Assembly (NCBI GenBank): GCA_964016885.1
Contig: CAXHJY010000799.1
Location: 30,579-94,578 of the forward strand
Source of the DNA: Eledone cirrhosa
Lineage: Eukaryota
DNA length: 64,000 nucleotides
Direction of reading: 5' to 3'
Shown: positions 1-15,439 of the stretch, in pieces
How the letters are laid out: each line of letters begins with the position of its first letter
Numbering within the stretch: the stretch's first letter is position 1
Notes under the pieces: model-generated
Told to the model about the DNA's origin: nothing
The model's database searches: none
The model's input: only the letters and a program-made list of their open reading frames with translations
Made by a program: the position numbers and the translations under genes

Positions 1-300
1 CCATGAGGCAAAGATCGCACTTCTTGAAGTTGTACGGTGCAGCCCTGCCGACAATATCCCAGTGCGCGGAGAAGCTGATGTTTAAGTCTTTTAATGATGT
101 GATGTAGTCCGCGAGCGAAGTGGAGTGTCTTAATTTCTTATTTGTGAAAGAGTGAAAATGTGTTCGAAATCTAATTTTGAACGGGCCAGAGGTAGCCCCT
201 ATATAATGTTTAACGCTATTGTGGCTAGTTACAGTGCACCTATATATAACCCTATCAGTCAAGCAGTATCCCCTAAGGGGGCAGCGCTCTGCTAATTCTC
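1..300 (-). mobile_element. Penelope-like element GIY-YIG endonuclease fragment (continues off the window start)
   Basis: Manual minus-strand translation is open: ERCPLRGYCLTDRVIYRCTVTSHNSVKHYIGATSGPFKIRFRTHFHSFTNKKLRHSTSLADYITSLKDLNISFSAHWDIVGRAAPYNFKKCDLCLM. It has the VIY...YIG motif, the Arg/His in FKIRFRTH and a C-terminal CxLC typical of PLE endonucleases. A stop lies just upstream. Not in the ORF track. Confidence 0.88.
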
Positions 301-436
301 TCGCCCACTAAATATTAACACTTCTAATATTTAATACTGCCGGCACTAGTATTGAGCACCTTCTGCATACGCTATTTGGCAAATAACTACATCTATCACC
401 TATCCCTCCTTCTTTCTCTCTCTCGATACGTAAATA

Positions 437-3901
<3,465 letters not shown>

Positions 3902-4014
3902 ATCTATATATGCATGCTTGATCCCGTAATTCCTGATAAAGTCGTAGTGGGCTGACTGTATTGACATACGGAGTCGCTTCGGCATTTTAAGGCTGGAGGA
4001 GCTCATCTCCTCTG

Positions 4015-5345
4015 CAGAGAATGTGGGAGAGAGAGAAGGAGAGAGAAGGAGAGAATGTGAGAGAGAGAGAAGGAGAGAATGTGAGAGAGAAGAGAGAATG
4101 GGAGAGAGAGGGGAGAGAATTTGAGAGAGAGAGAAGGAGAGAATGTGAGAGAGAGAGAAGGAGAGAATGTGAGAGAGAGGAGGAGAGAATGTGAGAGAGA
4201 GAAGGAGAGTATGTGAGAGAGAGAGGAGAGAATGTGAGAGAGAGAGGAGGGAATGTGAGAGAGAGAAGAAGATAATGTGAGAGAGAGAAGAGAATGTGAG
4301 AGAGAGGAGAGAATTTGAGAGAGAGAAGGAGAGAATGTGAGAGAGAGAAGAGAGAATGTGAGAGAGAGGAGGAGAGAATGTGAGAGAGAGAAGGAGAGAA
4401 TGTGAGAGAGAGAAGGAGAGAATGTGAGAGAGAGAGGAGAGAATGTGAGAGAGAGAAGGAGAGAATGTGAGAGAGAGAAGGAGATAATGTGAGAGAGAGA
4501 AGGAGAGAATGTGAGAGAGAGAGAAGGAGAGAATGTGAGAGAGAGAGGAGAGAATTTGAGAGAGAGAAGGAGAGAATGTGAGAGAGAGAAGAGAGAATGT
4601 GAGAGAGAGGAGGAGAGAATGTGAGAGAGAGGGGAGAGAATGGGAGAGAGAGGAGGAGAGAATGTGAGAGAGAGAGGAGAGAATTTGAGAGAGAGAAGGA
4701 GAGAATGTGAGAGAGAGAAGAGAGAATGTGAGAGAGAGGAGGAGAGAATGTGAGAGAGAGGGGAGAGAATGTGAGAGAGAGGAGGAGAGAATGTGAGAGA
4801 AAGAGGAGAGAATGTGAGAGAGAGAGGAGAGAATGGGAGAGAGAGAGGAGAGAATTTGAGAGAGAGAGAAGGAGAGAATGTGAGAGAGAGAAGAGAGAAT
4901 GTGAGAGAGAGGAGGAGAGAATGTGAGAGAGAGGGGAGAGAATGTGAGAGAGATAGGAGAGAATGTGAGAGAGAGAGGAGAGAATTTGAGAGAGATAAGG
5001 AGAGAATGTGAGAGAGAGAAGAGAGAATGTGAGAGAGAGGAGGAGAGAATGTGAGAGAGAGGGGAGAGAATGTGAGAGAGAGGGGAGAGAATGGGAGAGA
5101 GAGAGGAGAGAATTTGAGAGAGAGAGAAGAAGAGAATGTGAGAGAGAGAAGGAGAGAATGTGAGAGAGAGAAGAAGAGAATGTGAGAGAGAGAGAGAGAG
5201 AGGAGGGAATGTGAGAGAGAGAAGGAGAGAGAAAATGTGAGGGAGAGAAGGAGAGAATAAATGTGAGGGAGAGAAAAAGAGAGAATGTGAGTGAGAGAAG
5301 GAGAGAGAAAATGTGAGAGAGAGAGAGAATGTGAGGGAGAGATAT
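4015..5345. repeat. GA-rich minisatellite, about 20-24 bp unit (GAATGTGAGAGAGAGAAGGAGA)
   Basis: GAATGTGAGAG anchor recurs about every 21 bp over 1.3 kb. Confidence 0.95.
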
Positions 5346-5350
5346 AGAGA

Positions 5351-5514
5351 ATCGACCCCAGCACTTCACCGGTACTATTCTATTTTTATCGACCTTGAAT
5401 GGATGAAAGGTAAAGTTGACCTCGGCGGGATTTGAACTCAGAGAGTTGAGAGACGGAACGAATATTGCAAAGCATTCCTTCCGACGTCCTACTGATTTGC
5501 CAATTCGCCGCCTT
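5351..5514 (-). mobile_element. tRNA-derived SINE family A (Meta-like central domain)
   Basis: Reverse complement carries B-box GAGTTCAAATCCC and GAGGTCAACTTTACCTTTCATCC...GGTCGATAAA, homologous to the other copies in the window. Confidence 0.85.
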
Positions 5515-5854
5515 CCTTATAAAATTACAGCTTGTCCCAAATCCAAAGATAGGGGGGGGGAGAGGGCTCTTCAGTTTGGAGTCTATGCTTGTTTCGTTGA
5601 CATTAAACGACTATAAACACGAGATTCCGATCCACTTTGGGCGAGACACCAGTCCGTAGAAGGGTTAATACGGAGCTAAAGTCTGTGCATGAACGGAACA
5701 AGCTTCAATATCAAAGATGTCAGTCGCCTGACGACCGAAAAAAAAATATATAACTCCAAATAATGAACCGCACAGACTCAGCTTCGAATAAAAAATGTTA
5801 TCCCCACTCTACGTAAACATTATTGATGACACCACAACCTTATATATATATATA

Positions 5855-7073
5855 CACAGTTCAAGAGTAACCAATCTTAAAGAAAGAGATGGAGATAGGA
5901 GAGGAGATATGAGAGGAGAGATTGGTGAATTAGTTAGAAGCCAAAGTGTAAAGGCATGTGCTCAATGTGCAATATGCAGTAGAAAGCAGCTCGGTGGCTG
6001 GGTTCATGCAGGAGTTAGGTTTACAGAGCTGGAAATATTCATTATTTAAGCAAAACAAGACCACAAATTTCACAAGGAAGACATTATTAAAAGATTGTCA
6101 ACATATTTTAGTTTGATGTAAGGAATGTAGAGAATAATAATAATAATATATTAATAATAATAATGTCCGTTTACAATTGTTTCGCTACTCCATATAATAT
6201 TTCTGGATCAGATGACTATATATCATAATTGATCTGGTTCAGTTGAAAATAATTAACATATTTAAAAGACAGAGCGGCTCATCGGAACTTCAAAGGAATA
6301 TAAATTAATAATGAGAGAATGTTACATAATATAATGTTCCATATATTGGTTTTTTTTACTATGGTGTCTTGGTTGCATCAGTTGTCAGCCATAATCAAGC
6401 AGTATTCATCTGTCGAGGCTGCATTGTGTGAGATCTGCCTATGGGTAACAAGATGGCTGCCAAAGGATATATTTACCTTACTAATTAGAGGCTGGTTTCA
6501 GGGGAAGTAACTCCTTGAGAGATTAGAAATTGTGGGTATTTATAGTTAAGTGCTAATTTTTAATTTTTTTAATTGAGAGACAATGTAGGGGAGGTAACTT
6601 ATAATTATCTAAGTTGTTCATAGCAATTTAACTTATTAGCTACAAGTAAAAATGGAGCTATTCTATTGGCGAAGGAATTAGCCCTTCGATGTTGACAGCT
6701 AATAGTTACCTCCTTTCTATCGTTAATCGGTAGAGGTCGTGATAGAGTAATGTAATATGCTTCTGTAATACAGAGATCACAAGATTTTCTTCGTCCATTG
6801 AACGGTTGGGCTGTAGCCACGTGGCTAGGGCCCAACCATCTTTTTAATATGTTAATTATTTTCAACTGAACCAGATCAATTATGATATATAGTCATCTGA
6901 TCCAGAAATATTATACGGGGTAGCGAAACAATTGTAAACGGACATTATTATTATTAATATTATTATTATTATTTTTCTCTACATTCCTTACATCAAACTA
7001 AATATGTTGACAATCTTTTAATAATGTCTTCCTTGTGAAGTTTGTGGTCTTGTTTTGCTTAACTAATGAATAT
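5855..7073 (-). mobile_element. 5'-truncated Penelope-like element with inverted partial pseudo-LTR
   Basis: About 235 bp inverted repeat (6035-6269 / 6839-7073) brackets a GIY-YIG C-terminus (SCDLCITEAYYITLSRPLPINDRKEVTISCQHRR, 6605-6838). A degenerate HHR lies at 6169-6288. (TA)n tracts at both ends. Confidence 0.85.
6169..6288 (-). ncRNA. Degenerate type I hammerhead ribozyme with long stem II
   Basis: Minus strand: GTT-CCGATGA (one mismatch to CTGATGA)-GCCGCTCTGT...ATGGAGTAGC-GAAAC-AATT-GTA-AAC. Stem I GTT/AAC, palindromic stem III. Confidence 0.55.
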
Positions 7074-7088
7074 ATATATATATATGTG

Positions 7089-7305
<217 letters not shown>

Positions 7306-7350
7306 TATATATATATATATATATTGTTATACTTTGGGAGGGTCATGTTG

Positions 7351-7421
<71 letters not shown>

Positions 7422-7494
7422 ATCGATCGACTTTCGTCAAATCGGACCGAGGAAACAATGTTTTCGTCAGTATTTTCAGTTGCTAGTACTATCT

Positions 7495-7615
7495 ATCTGT
7501 CGCAACTCCAGATAGAAGGAGCAACGTGAAATAAAGTGTCTTGCTTAAGGACATAACGAATCGCCAGTCCAGGAATCGAGCTCACAACCTCAAGATTGTG
7601 AATCCAATTCTTTAT
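7495..7615 (-). mobile_element. SINE family B (V/CORE-like body), partial
   Basis: Reverse complement TGTCCTTAAGCAAGACACTTTATTTCACGTTGCTCC matches 13835-13890 and is preceded by a degenerate B box. Confidence 0.65.
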
Positions 7616-7732
7616 CTAAATATGATAAATAACCCATAACTCCTTGTGGAGTTGTCGAGTTACTGTCTAGGGCACATTTAAACATAGTGGAACCATCCCT
7701 CTTCAGGTCTGATCACAGCCATTACAGGAAAA

Positions 7733-7855
7733 ATCGACCCCGGTACTGGACTGGTACTTTTTTTATCGACCTCAAAATGATGAAAGGTACAATTGACCAC
7801 GGGGGGATGATTATCGTAAAGCATTCTATCCGACGTCTTAACGTGGTTCTATCCG
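7733..7855 (-). mobile_element. SINE family A, degenerate
   Basis: ATCGACCCC...CTGGTACTTTTTTTATCGACC...GATGAAAGG, homologous to family A. Confidence 0.65.
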
Positions 7856-7995
7856 TAGTAAGTAGAGGACTCAGTCGATATAAAGTTAGTTCCACAACAT
7901 ATTAGCAAACCATTCTCGTGGACGTGCGTTTCTCAACTCTTTTGGGTGAATAATGCAAGAGATGTCAAAATGAATGGACCGGTTATTTTTATCTA

Positions 7996-8167
7996 AAGAC
8001 ATTTTTTCCAATTCCATCCGCCCGTCCCATCAATCGATCTTAATTCTCATTCTTTCTTCTGATGAAGGACTAGCGTCCAAAAGGTTATGACCCTCTTCCT
8101 GCTATTTCAAGCATTAACCTAATATATCCCTTCCATATACTGTACCGATTGTGTTATTTCTGTTTAC

Positions 8168-8172
<5 letters not shown>
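7996..8172 (+). mobile_element. PLE-type HHR mini-element family V (copy 1)
   Basis: CTGATGA at 8059-8065 with stem II GGAC/GTCC and mutated GAAAC; homologous to 35315-35496 (-); ends in (TA)n. Confidence 0.65.
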
Positions 8173-8239
<67 letters not shown>

Positions 8240-8308
8240 ATATTATATATATATATATGTATATATTATATATATATTATATATATATACACGTATATAT
8301 ACACATAT

Positions 8309-8374
<66 letters not shown>

Positions 8375-8430
8375 GACAGAAAGAGAGAGAGAAAGAGAGA
8401 AAGAGAAAGAGGAAGAGAAAGAGAGAGAGA

Positions 8431-8614
8431 AGGCTCCTATAGGCCTAGAACTGTTTCATTCGAAAGAAATCACGAAGAAAGCCTGATGATTTCTTTCGAA
8501 TGAAACTGTTCTAGTCCCATAAAAGCCATTACTGTATTAAACATGATCTTTACACTTTACTAATATATTGAGTACCTTACTTACTACGGTTACTCCGGAT
8601 TGGACCCGGGACTC
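8431..8614 (+). mobile_element. PLE-type HHR mini-element family Q, fold-back copy
   Basis: Inverted arms CTAGAACTGTTTCATTCGAAAGAAATCA / TGATTTCTTTCGAATGAAACTGTTCTAG containing CTGATGA...GAAAC. Tail TATTGAGTACCTTACTTACT...ACCCGGGAC is shared with 9433-9484. Confidence 0.7.
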
Positions 8615-8627
8615 ATATATATATATA

Positions 8628-9032
<405 letters not shown>

Positions 9033-9042
9033 TATATATATA

Positions 9043-9097
<55 letters not shown>

Positions 9098-9098
<1 letters not shown>

Positions 9099-9291
9099 CG
9101 AAGGAAGTGTGTTAAGGAACCAGGTGGACCATAACGCACCAGAGTACTCAATACTCAGGGTAGTAGAGTGGGTAATAGGAAAATAGTCAGAATCCCGACG
9201 GCTGAGCTCCGACCGTTTCGACAGCTAGGTCTGCGTTCAGACCTAGCTGTCGAAACGGTCAGAGCTCAGCCGTCGGGGTCCTGACACTTTT

Positions 9292-9296
<5 letters not shown>
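9098..9296 (-). mobile_element. Palindromic mini-element family P (copy 1)
   Basis: About 77 bp unique tail plus palindrome 9175-9233 / 9238-9296 containing GAAACGG...CCGTC; (TA)n on both sides. Confidence 0.85.
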
Positions 9297-9329
<33 letters not shown>

Positions 9330-9336
<7 letters not shown>

Positions 9337-9483
9337 TATTTTATAGAAGGAGCTTCTACAGGACTAGTACTGTTTCATTTAGATGAAATCTTCAGGAAGC
9401 TCTATAAAATAAAAAAATTTTACTCTGCCATGTATTGAGTACCTTACTTACTGTGGTTATCCCCGACTCAACCCGGGACCTAC

Positions 9484-9484
<1 letters not shown>
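9330..9484. mobile_element. Family Q copy 2 (HHR-like core on minus strand, tail on plus strand)
   Basis: Minus strand GAGCTTC-CTGAAGA-TTTCATCTAAAT-GAAAC...GAAGCTC; inverted TTTTTTATTTTATAG / CTATAAAATAAAAAA; tail shared with 8566-8614. Confidence 0.65.
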
Positions 9485-9519
<35 letters not shown>

Positions 9520-9725
9520 TGTGTGTACAAACAAACACACAACCTTCATCCGCCCACATACAAACACACGTAGTACATGTATGTATGTATGAACATTATA
9601 TATATTATATACACATATATATTATATACATATATATATTATATACTTTACATAAAATCCTGTTACTTAAGAAAATATATTGTTGACATTTCAGTGACAT
9701 TTCAATGGTTTTTCCTATTAACGAT

Positions 9726-9804
<79 letters not shown>

Positions 9805-10444
9805 ACTACAGATGAAATGATACCTCGATGCTGTAACTCCGACACTCTTTATAACCCATCCGTTATCATATTTCTAATGCATGACACCGTCTCTGATTTT
9901 CAGATATTTCTCAAAATAATCAATAATTTGGAGTGATTTACTAATATAACCACCCTTCTCGTTATTAATCTGGTGTTTGGAGCATAGGTTAACACAGCTT
10001 ATCTGTTTATGTATATGTATTCGATTTTTGTTGGGGTTTTATTTATTTTTTTTAGATATGATTATGATGGGAGATGTTTTTGGAGGGGTTTCTTTTTCTG
10101 TTTATTTTAGATATCAACATTATAATTTTAACGAGTTTTATAAGATGGAAACAAGGGGGCGGTTTAGTAACAAAGTGGGAAGGACATAAACTATGATCGT
10201 TTACATGGATTTCGACAGTGGCATAGCGAAAGTGTGTACCGCTGGGGTCAATCCTTCAGCTTCAAGCTCCCACCACACCAGCCCCCTACACACAAAATAT
10301 TGTATGCCATAGATTTAATTGAAGTTACTTGAAATTGGAAAAAGGTCCTTCAACTGTGAATATTAAAATCACGTTTATCTCAATTCAGTCTGTATAGTAC
10401 CTATCCCCATGTCTGGCAACATTACACAGATATATATATATATA

Positions 10445-10610
10445 TAGAGAGAGTGATAGAGAGAGAGAGTGAGTGATAGAGAGAGAGAGGGGGGGGGGTG
10501 GGGGCGAGAGAGGAGAGAGAGGGGCGTGAGAGGAGAGAGAGAGGAGAGAATGAGGAGAGAGAGAGGAGAGAGAATGGAGAGAGAAGAGGGAGTGGTGAGA
10601 GAGGAGAAGC

Positions 10611-10645
<35 letters not shown>

Positions 10646-10741
10646 CGAGAGAGACGGGGAGAGAGAAGAGAGAGAGGCGAGAGAGGAGAGAGAGAGGAGA
10701 GAGAATGGAGATAGAAGAGGGAGTGGTGAGAGAGGAGAAGC

Positions 10742-10776
<35 letters not shown>

Positions 10777-11085
10777 TGTGTGTGTGTGATGGAGAGAGAG
10801 AGGAGAGAGAGAGGAGAGAGAGAAGAGCGAGAGAGAGAGGAGAGAGGAGAGAGAGAGAGGAGAGAGAGAGGAGTGAGAGAGTGATGGAGAGAGAGGAGAG
10901 AGAGAGGAGAGAGAGAAGAGAGAGAGAGGAGAGAGAGAGGAGAGAGAGAAGAGAGAGAGTGATATGTATAGAGAGAGAGAGGAGAGAGAGTGATATATAT
11001 AGAGAGAGAGAGGAGAGAGAGTGATATATATATAGAGAGAGAGGAGAGAGAGAGTGATATATATAGAGAGAGAGAGGAGAGAGAG
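10445..11085. repeat. GA-rich low-complexity repeat with internal duplication
   Basis: GAAGAGGGAGTGGTGAGAGAGGAGAAGCGTG occurs twice. Confidence 0.9.
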
Positions 11086-11568
11086 TGATGTATGTGTACG
11101 GTGTGTTTAACTGAGCGAATTAACAGGTCGTTGCCTTTCATCCCTGATCAATAAACGGGGCCCCATTGAAGTAGGCTGTATTGGACAACACCCTCCATAG
11201 AATACCTCTACATGTTAGAAGGTTAGAAAATACCACCACCACCACCACCTCTACTACTACTACCCCCTCTCGCTAGCAACACCGCCACCACCCTCGCTGC
11301 CATCATCTTAATCGCCACTATCAGCACCACTACCATACCCCGCTATGATCACCGCCATGATCTCCCGCCACCACCACCATCATCATAATCCCCACCATTG
11401 CCAACACCATCACCCCCACCCCCCCACTCACTATCATCATCATCATCATTATTCCCGCCACCACCGTTACCACCACCCTAATCACCGCCACTGCCACCAT
11501 TTAAATCCCCCACCATCACCAATACCACTACCATCCTTAAAACATCACCATTCACGTCATGTTTATCC

Positions 11569-11617
<49 letters not shown>

Positions 11618-11713
11618 CTCCTGTTTCTCATTAACCTTTAAAGCATCAACACTAGTCGATAACCAGCAATAAGCCTTACAACTCAACAAACCCTAATCAA
11701 CCCTAATAAATAG

Positions 11714-11744
<31 letters not shown>

Positions 11745-12000
11745 GGCCCCTTAAACCCTTTTAGGGGCCGTTGGGATACTGCAGTGTTGAACGTTGCACC
11801 AACTGCCACCATCTCTGATGGTCATTCATGTGTGAGTGCTTGGGTTGTGGCAAAGTTCTTGCTCTACCAACGCATCTCCTTTAACATTCTCCTGAGAAAT
11901 GCCGTTTCCATTGTTTCTGCCGGGGCCGTGGGACGGCCAGCACGTGGAAACCCCATTTGCTCATAATACAGAGAGATTGGAAGGGCGAGAGAGATGGAGG
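11714..12000 (-). mobile_element. Degenerate RTE-clade LINE 3' end with (GAT)n tail
   Basis: Minus-strand frames give PRPRQKQWK and DHQRWWQLVQRS (RTE C-terminal GRP..W / DRxxWxxLV pattern), followed by a trinucleotide tail. Confidence 0.5.
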
Positions 12001-12138
12001 CGATGACAGTGGGAGTTTGGCTCTTCTGCATTCGGACCTGGTGTGCAGTGTCAGTTGTCCATCTTGATGTGTTCTCTCACGCCCTATCTAAAGAGTGTGG
12101 AGAGACGCTTAAAGCATCTTTACAGCTGTTGTTTAGAA

Positions 12139-12599
12139 CAGTGCTACTCAAAGTGGTGGTCAGCTACCGGTACGCGGCCAGTGTCCAGGCCATGCTAAGG
12201 AATCATTTGAGGAATTGGTTATTAAGATAAAGTACAGGAATAATATGGATATTCATTCTCCATTGCACGTGAGACTGTCCTCAATTGAACCACGACTGGA
12301 TAAACTGACAAAGAAGAAGCAAGCTCACCTTTCACACTAGTAAAGATTAAGGTTATATCATTTTTTTATTTTTGTATTAATAAACTGCTTGTTATTTTTT
12401 TAATTACTTTTTTATATGTTTTGATATTGTATTATTTGTTTAGAAAATAAATAGAAGATAAAAAAATGGTCAACTATTATTATATTCATTATATATATCG
12501 TTTCCGGTATAAATTAATATTACTACGAAATATTAGCGGTACGTGGCACATTGAAAAAAAAATGCCGGTCGGCCACATCAGATAGTTTGAGAAGCACTG
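12139..12599 (+). mobile_element. hAT Charlie/Buster internal-deletion derivative
   Basis: TIRs CAGTGCTACTCAAA / TTTGAGAAGCACTG; imperfect 8 bp TSD GTTTAGAA / ATCTAGAA with central TA; transposase C-terminus KIKYRNNMDIHSPLHVRLSSIEPRLDKLTKKKQAHLSH*. Confidence 0.88.
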
Positions 12600-13289
12600 A
12601 TCTAGAACATAAGTTAACAAGGTTCTTATATTATGAACTATTGTTATTGCTATTCATTCAGCTCTGCTGTCTGTCCACCACTTCCTCTCTCTCTCCGCCT
12701 TCTCTTTGCTCTACACTGTTCCTTGGATAATATGATTGACTGACTTTTCATTTTATCAGTCAACCTCAAAGCTCTGACGAGCAGACTGAACCTGATACAC
12801 TACCCAGTGACTGCTACATGTCTACCTATCATTGGCATCACATGCACTACACATAGTGTCTGTTACATGAACTGTTTATATATAAGGGAGATAATACTTG
12901 CCTTCAGCAGCCATATATAGGCAATACAGCTTTATGGCAAACAAAGATGAAAAAAAATTGTCTTAGAGAGTCCGTCCGATCTTGTTACATGCCCCATCCC
13001 ACCTCAGACAACTACCCCCCCCCCCCCCTTCACCGTGATCAGCAGATCTTCAAAGGGGCTCACGTGCTGGGTAATTATTTTGCGGACCTCCTCGTTCATG
13101 ATATGTAAATCTATGTATAAATTTGACCGACTACCGTCCGTCACACAATGTGTGCGTGTGAGTGTGTTTGTGTGATTATGTGTGTGTGTGTGTGTGGAAA
13201 AGGAAAGAAGGGGATAGTAAAAAAAAATATACCTAAACAGCGACTGGCGTTCCATTTGCTACGCTGCGTGTGAGTGTGATTGTGTCAAG

Positions 13290-13710
13290 GAGAAGCTTCC
13301 TCAGCCATGTCCAGCCCCTAACAACATCTCAGGAAGAAACCAAACTACAGCTATGGACTAGAAAGCTAGAGAATGACTCCCCTCCTATTGACATGGGAAT
13401 CCCCCCCTTCTGAAGCCCTCCCTCCTGGCTCAGAAGCACCATGGGTCCAGTGGAAGACACCCAACCACCTGAGAACAGGAATGGGGCGATCAAAAGCTGC
13501 TATGGCCAGATGGGGCTACAAGACCGGCCCAACCAACTGCGAATGCGGAGAGGAGGAGCATACGATGCAGCACTGCCTTGTTTGCCCTCTACTACCCAAC
13601 CAGTGCAGCTTAAAATATCTTGCAGAATTTAATAATAATGCAAAGGACTGTGTAAAGTAATGGGAAACTGTCATATAACCACGTGCTTCGAAGATATGAA
13701 CAGAAGAAGA
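13290..13710 (+). mobile_element. Non-LTR retrotransposon 3' end, Vingi/Ingi-like
   Basis: LPPG..W..W...LRTGMGRSK..M.RWG...CECGEEEHTMQHCLVCP zinc knuckle and a short GAA tail. Clade assignment tentative. Confidence 0.7.
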
Positions 13711-13814
13711 TTGTGTGAATGTATCTAGATAGCCATCAAAGTATTGAACACAGTCCAGTCTCATGCTACAGCTCACACCTATGCAGGCTTAGCTGGCCTT
13801 CTCCAAGGTATATC

Positions 13815-13910
13815 TCGTTGGAGGTAATTCTCGGACCGGGTGATGTGTTGTTTCTTTGAGCAAGACGCTTTATTTCACGTTGCTCCAGTTTACTCAGCTG
13901 TAGAAATGAG
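13815..13910 (+). mobile_element. SINE family B, partial
   Basis: TTGAGCAAGACGCTTTATTTCACGTTGCTCCAGT; matches 7495-7615. Confidence 0.6.
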
Positions 13911-14282
13911 ATGCTAGGACTGGGGTCCCTATCATTAAATCACCCAAGACACCTCCTCCAGTCTCATGAATATATCTTAAATGTTAACTTCCTTCTCGGG
14001 GAGAAATCGGCTGTGTAACGACCTGACGAAAGACGGGCTCCACCATGTTTAAAATTCCCTAGGCACGCTGTGTGTAAAGGATGGTGACCCTGTAGAAATG
14101 AGATGATAGGACTGGGGTCCCTATCATTAAATCACCCAAGACACCTCCTCCAGTCTCATGAATATATCTTAAATGTTAACTTCCTTCTCGGGGAGAAATC
14201 GGCTGTGTAACGACCTGACGAAAGATGGGCTCCACCATGTTTAAAATTCCCTAGGCACGCTGTGTGTAAAGGATGGTGACCC
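13899..14282. repeat. Direct tandem duplication, 2 x 192 bp
   Basis: 13899-14090 and 14091-14282 are nearly identical. Confidence 0.95.
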
Positions 14283-14740
14283 TACGACTTGAAGAGTTAA
14301 GTTGCTCTTCACCATTCCTGTGGGGTCAGTGCCCTCTTTTTACTGGCATTGGATGAACGATGAGGATGATGACAACAACATAGCCACAGATTATGTACAC
14401 TTCACCAGTCTTACACACACACACATATATATACGTACACACCACACATACGTATACACACACACATGTGTACACACACATATGTACACACACATATGTA
14501 CACACACACAAACGTGCACATATATATATATATATACACATACGTACACACATATATATATATATATACACATATATATCCTCATATATATATATATATG
14601 AGGATATATATGTGTATATATATATATATATATATACACATACGTACACACATATATATATATATACACATATATATCCTCATATATATATATACATACA
14701 CACATCTATATATATATATACATATTCACGTATATACATG

Positions 14741-14817
<77 letters not shown>

Positions 14818-14897
14818 ACCTTGCATTCCTCTACTTGATTTTATGACATGTTCTGTAAATAAAAGAAATTGAAAGGAACAAGTTCCTGTGCCTCCCC

Positions 14898-15160
14898 ATT
14901 CACCTCCTACACACCACCACTGTTCACCTCCTACACCCCGCCACTGTTCACCTCCTACACACCACCACTGTTCACCTCCTACACACCACCACTGTTCACC
15001 TCCTACACCCCGCCTATGTTCCCCTCCTACACACCACCACTGTTCACCTCCTACACACCACCACTGTTCGCCTCCTACACTGCACCACTGTTCACCTCCT
15101 ACACACCACCACTGTTCACCTCCTACACCCCGCCTATGTTCGCCTCCTACACTGCACCAC
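14898..15160. repeat. 24 bp minisatellite (CACCTCCTACACACCACCACTGTT)
   Basis: About 11 copies. Confidence 0.9.
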
Positions 15161-15439
15161 CATTCCACCATCATACATCACCCTCGTTCCAGCACCAACG
15201 GTTCCCTACACACCACCACTACCCCACTACCGTTCACTTCCTACACTCCTACACGCCACCACCTGTCACCCCCTCCACACCACCACCACCACCACCGTTC
15301 ACTTCTTACACTCCTACACCTGTCGCCTCCACCACACCACCACCGCCGACCTTACCCTCCTTCACCACTCTATTGTCACAAGACGTGATATTTGCTGCAA
15401 TATTTTGAGAAACAAATTTTCTGTTATTTTTCTAAAACC

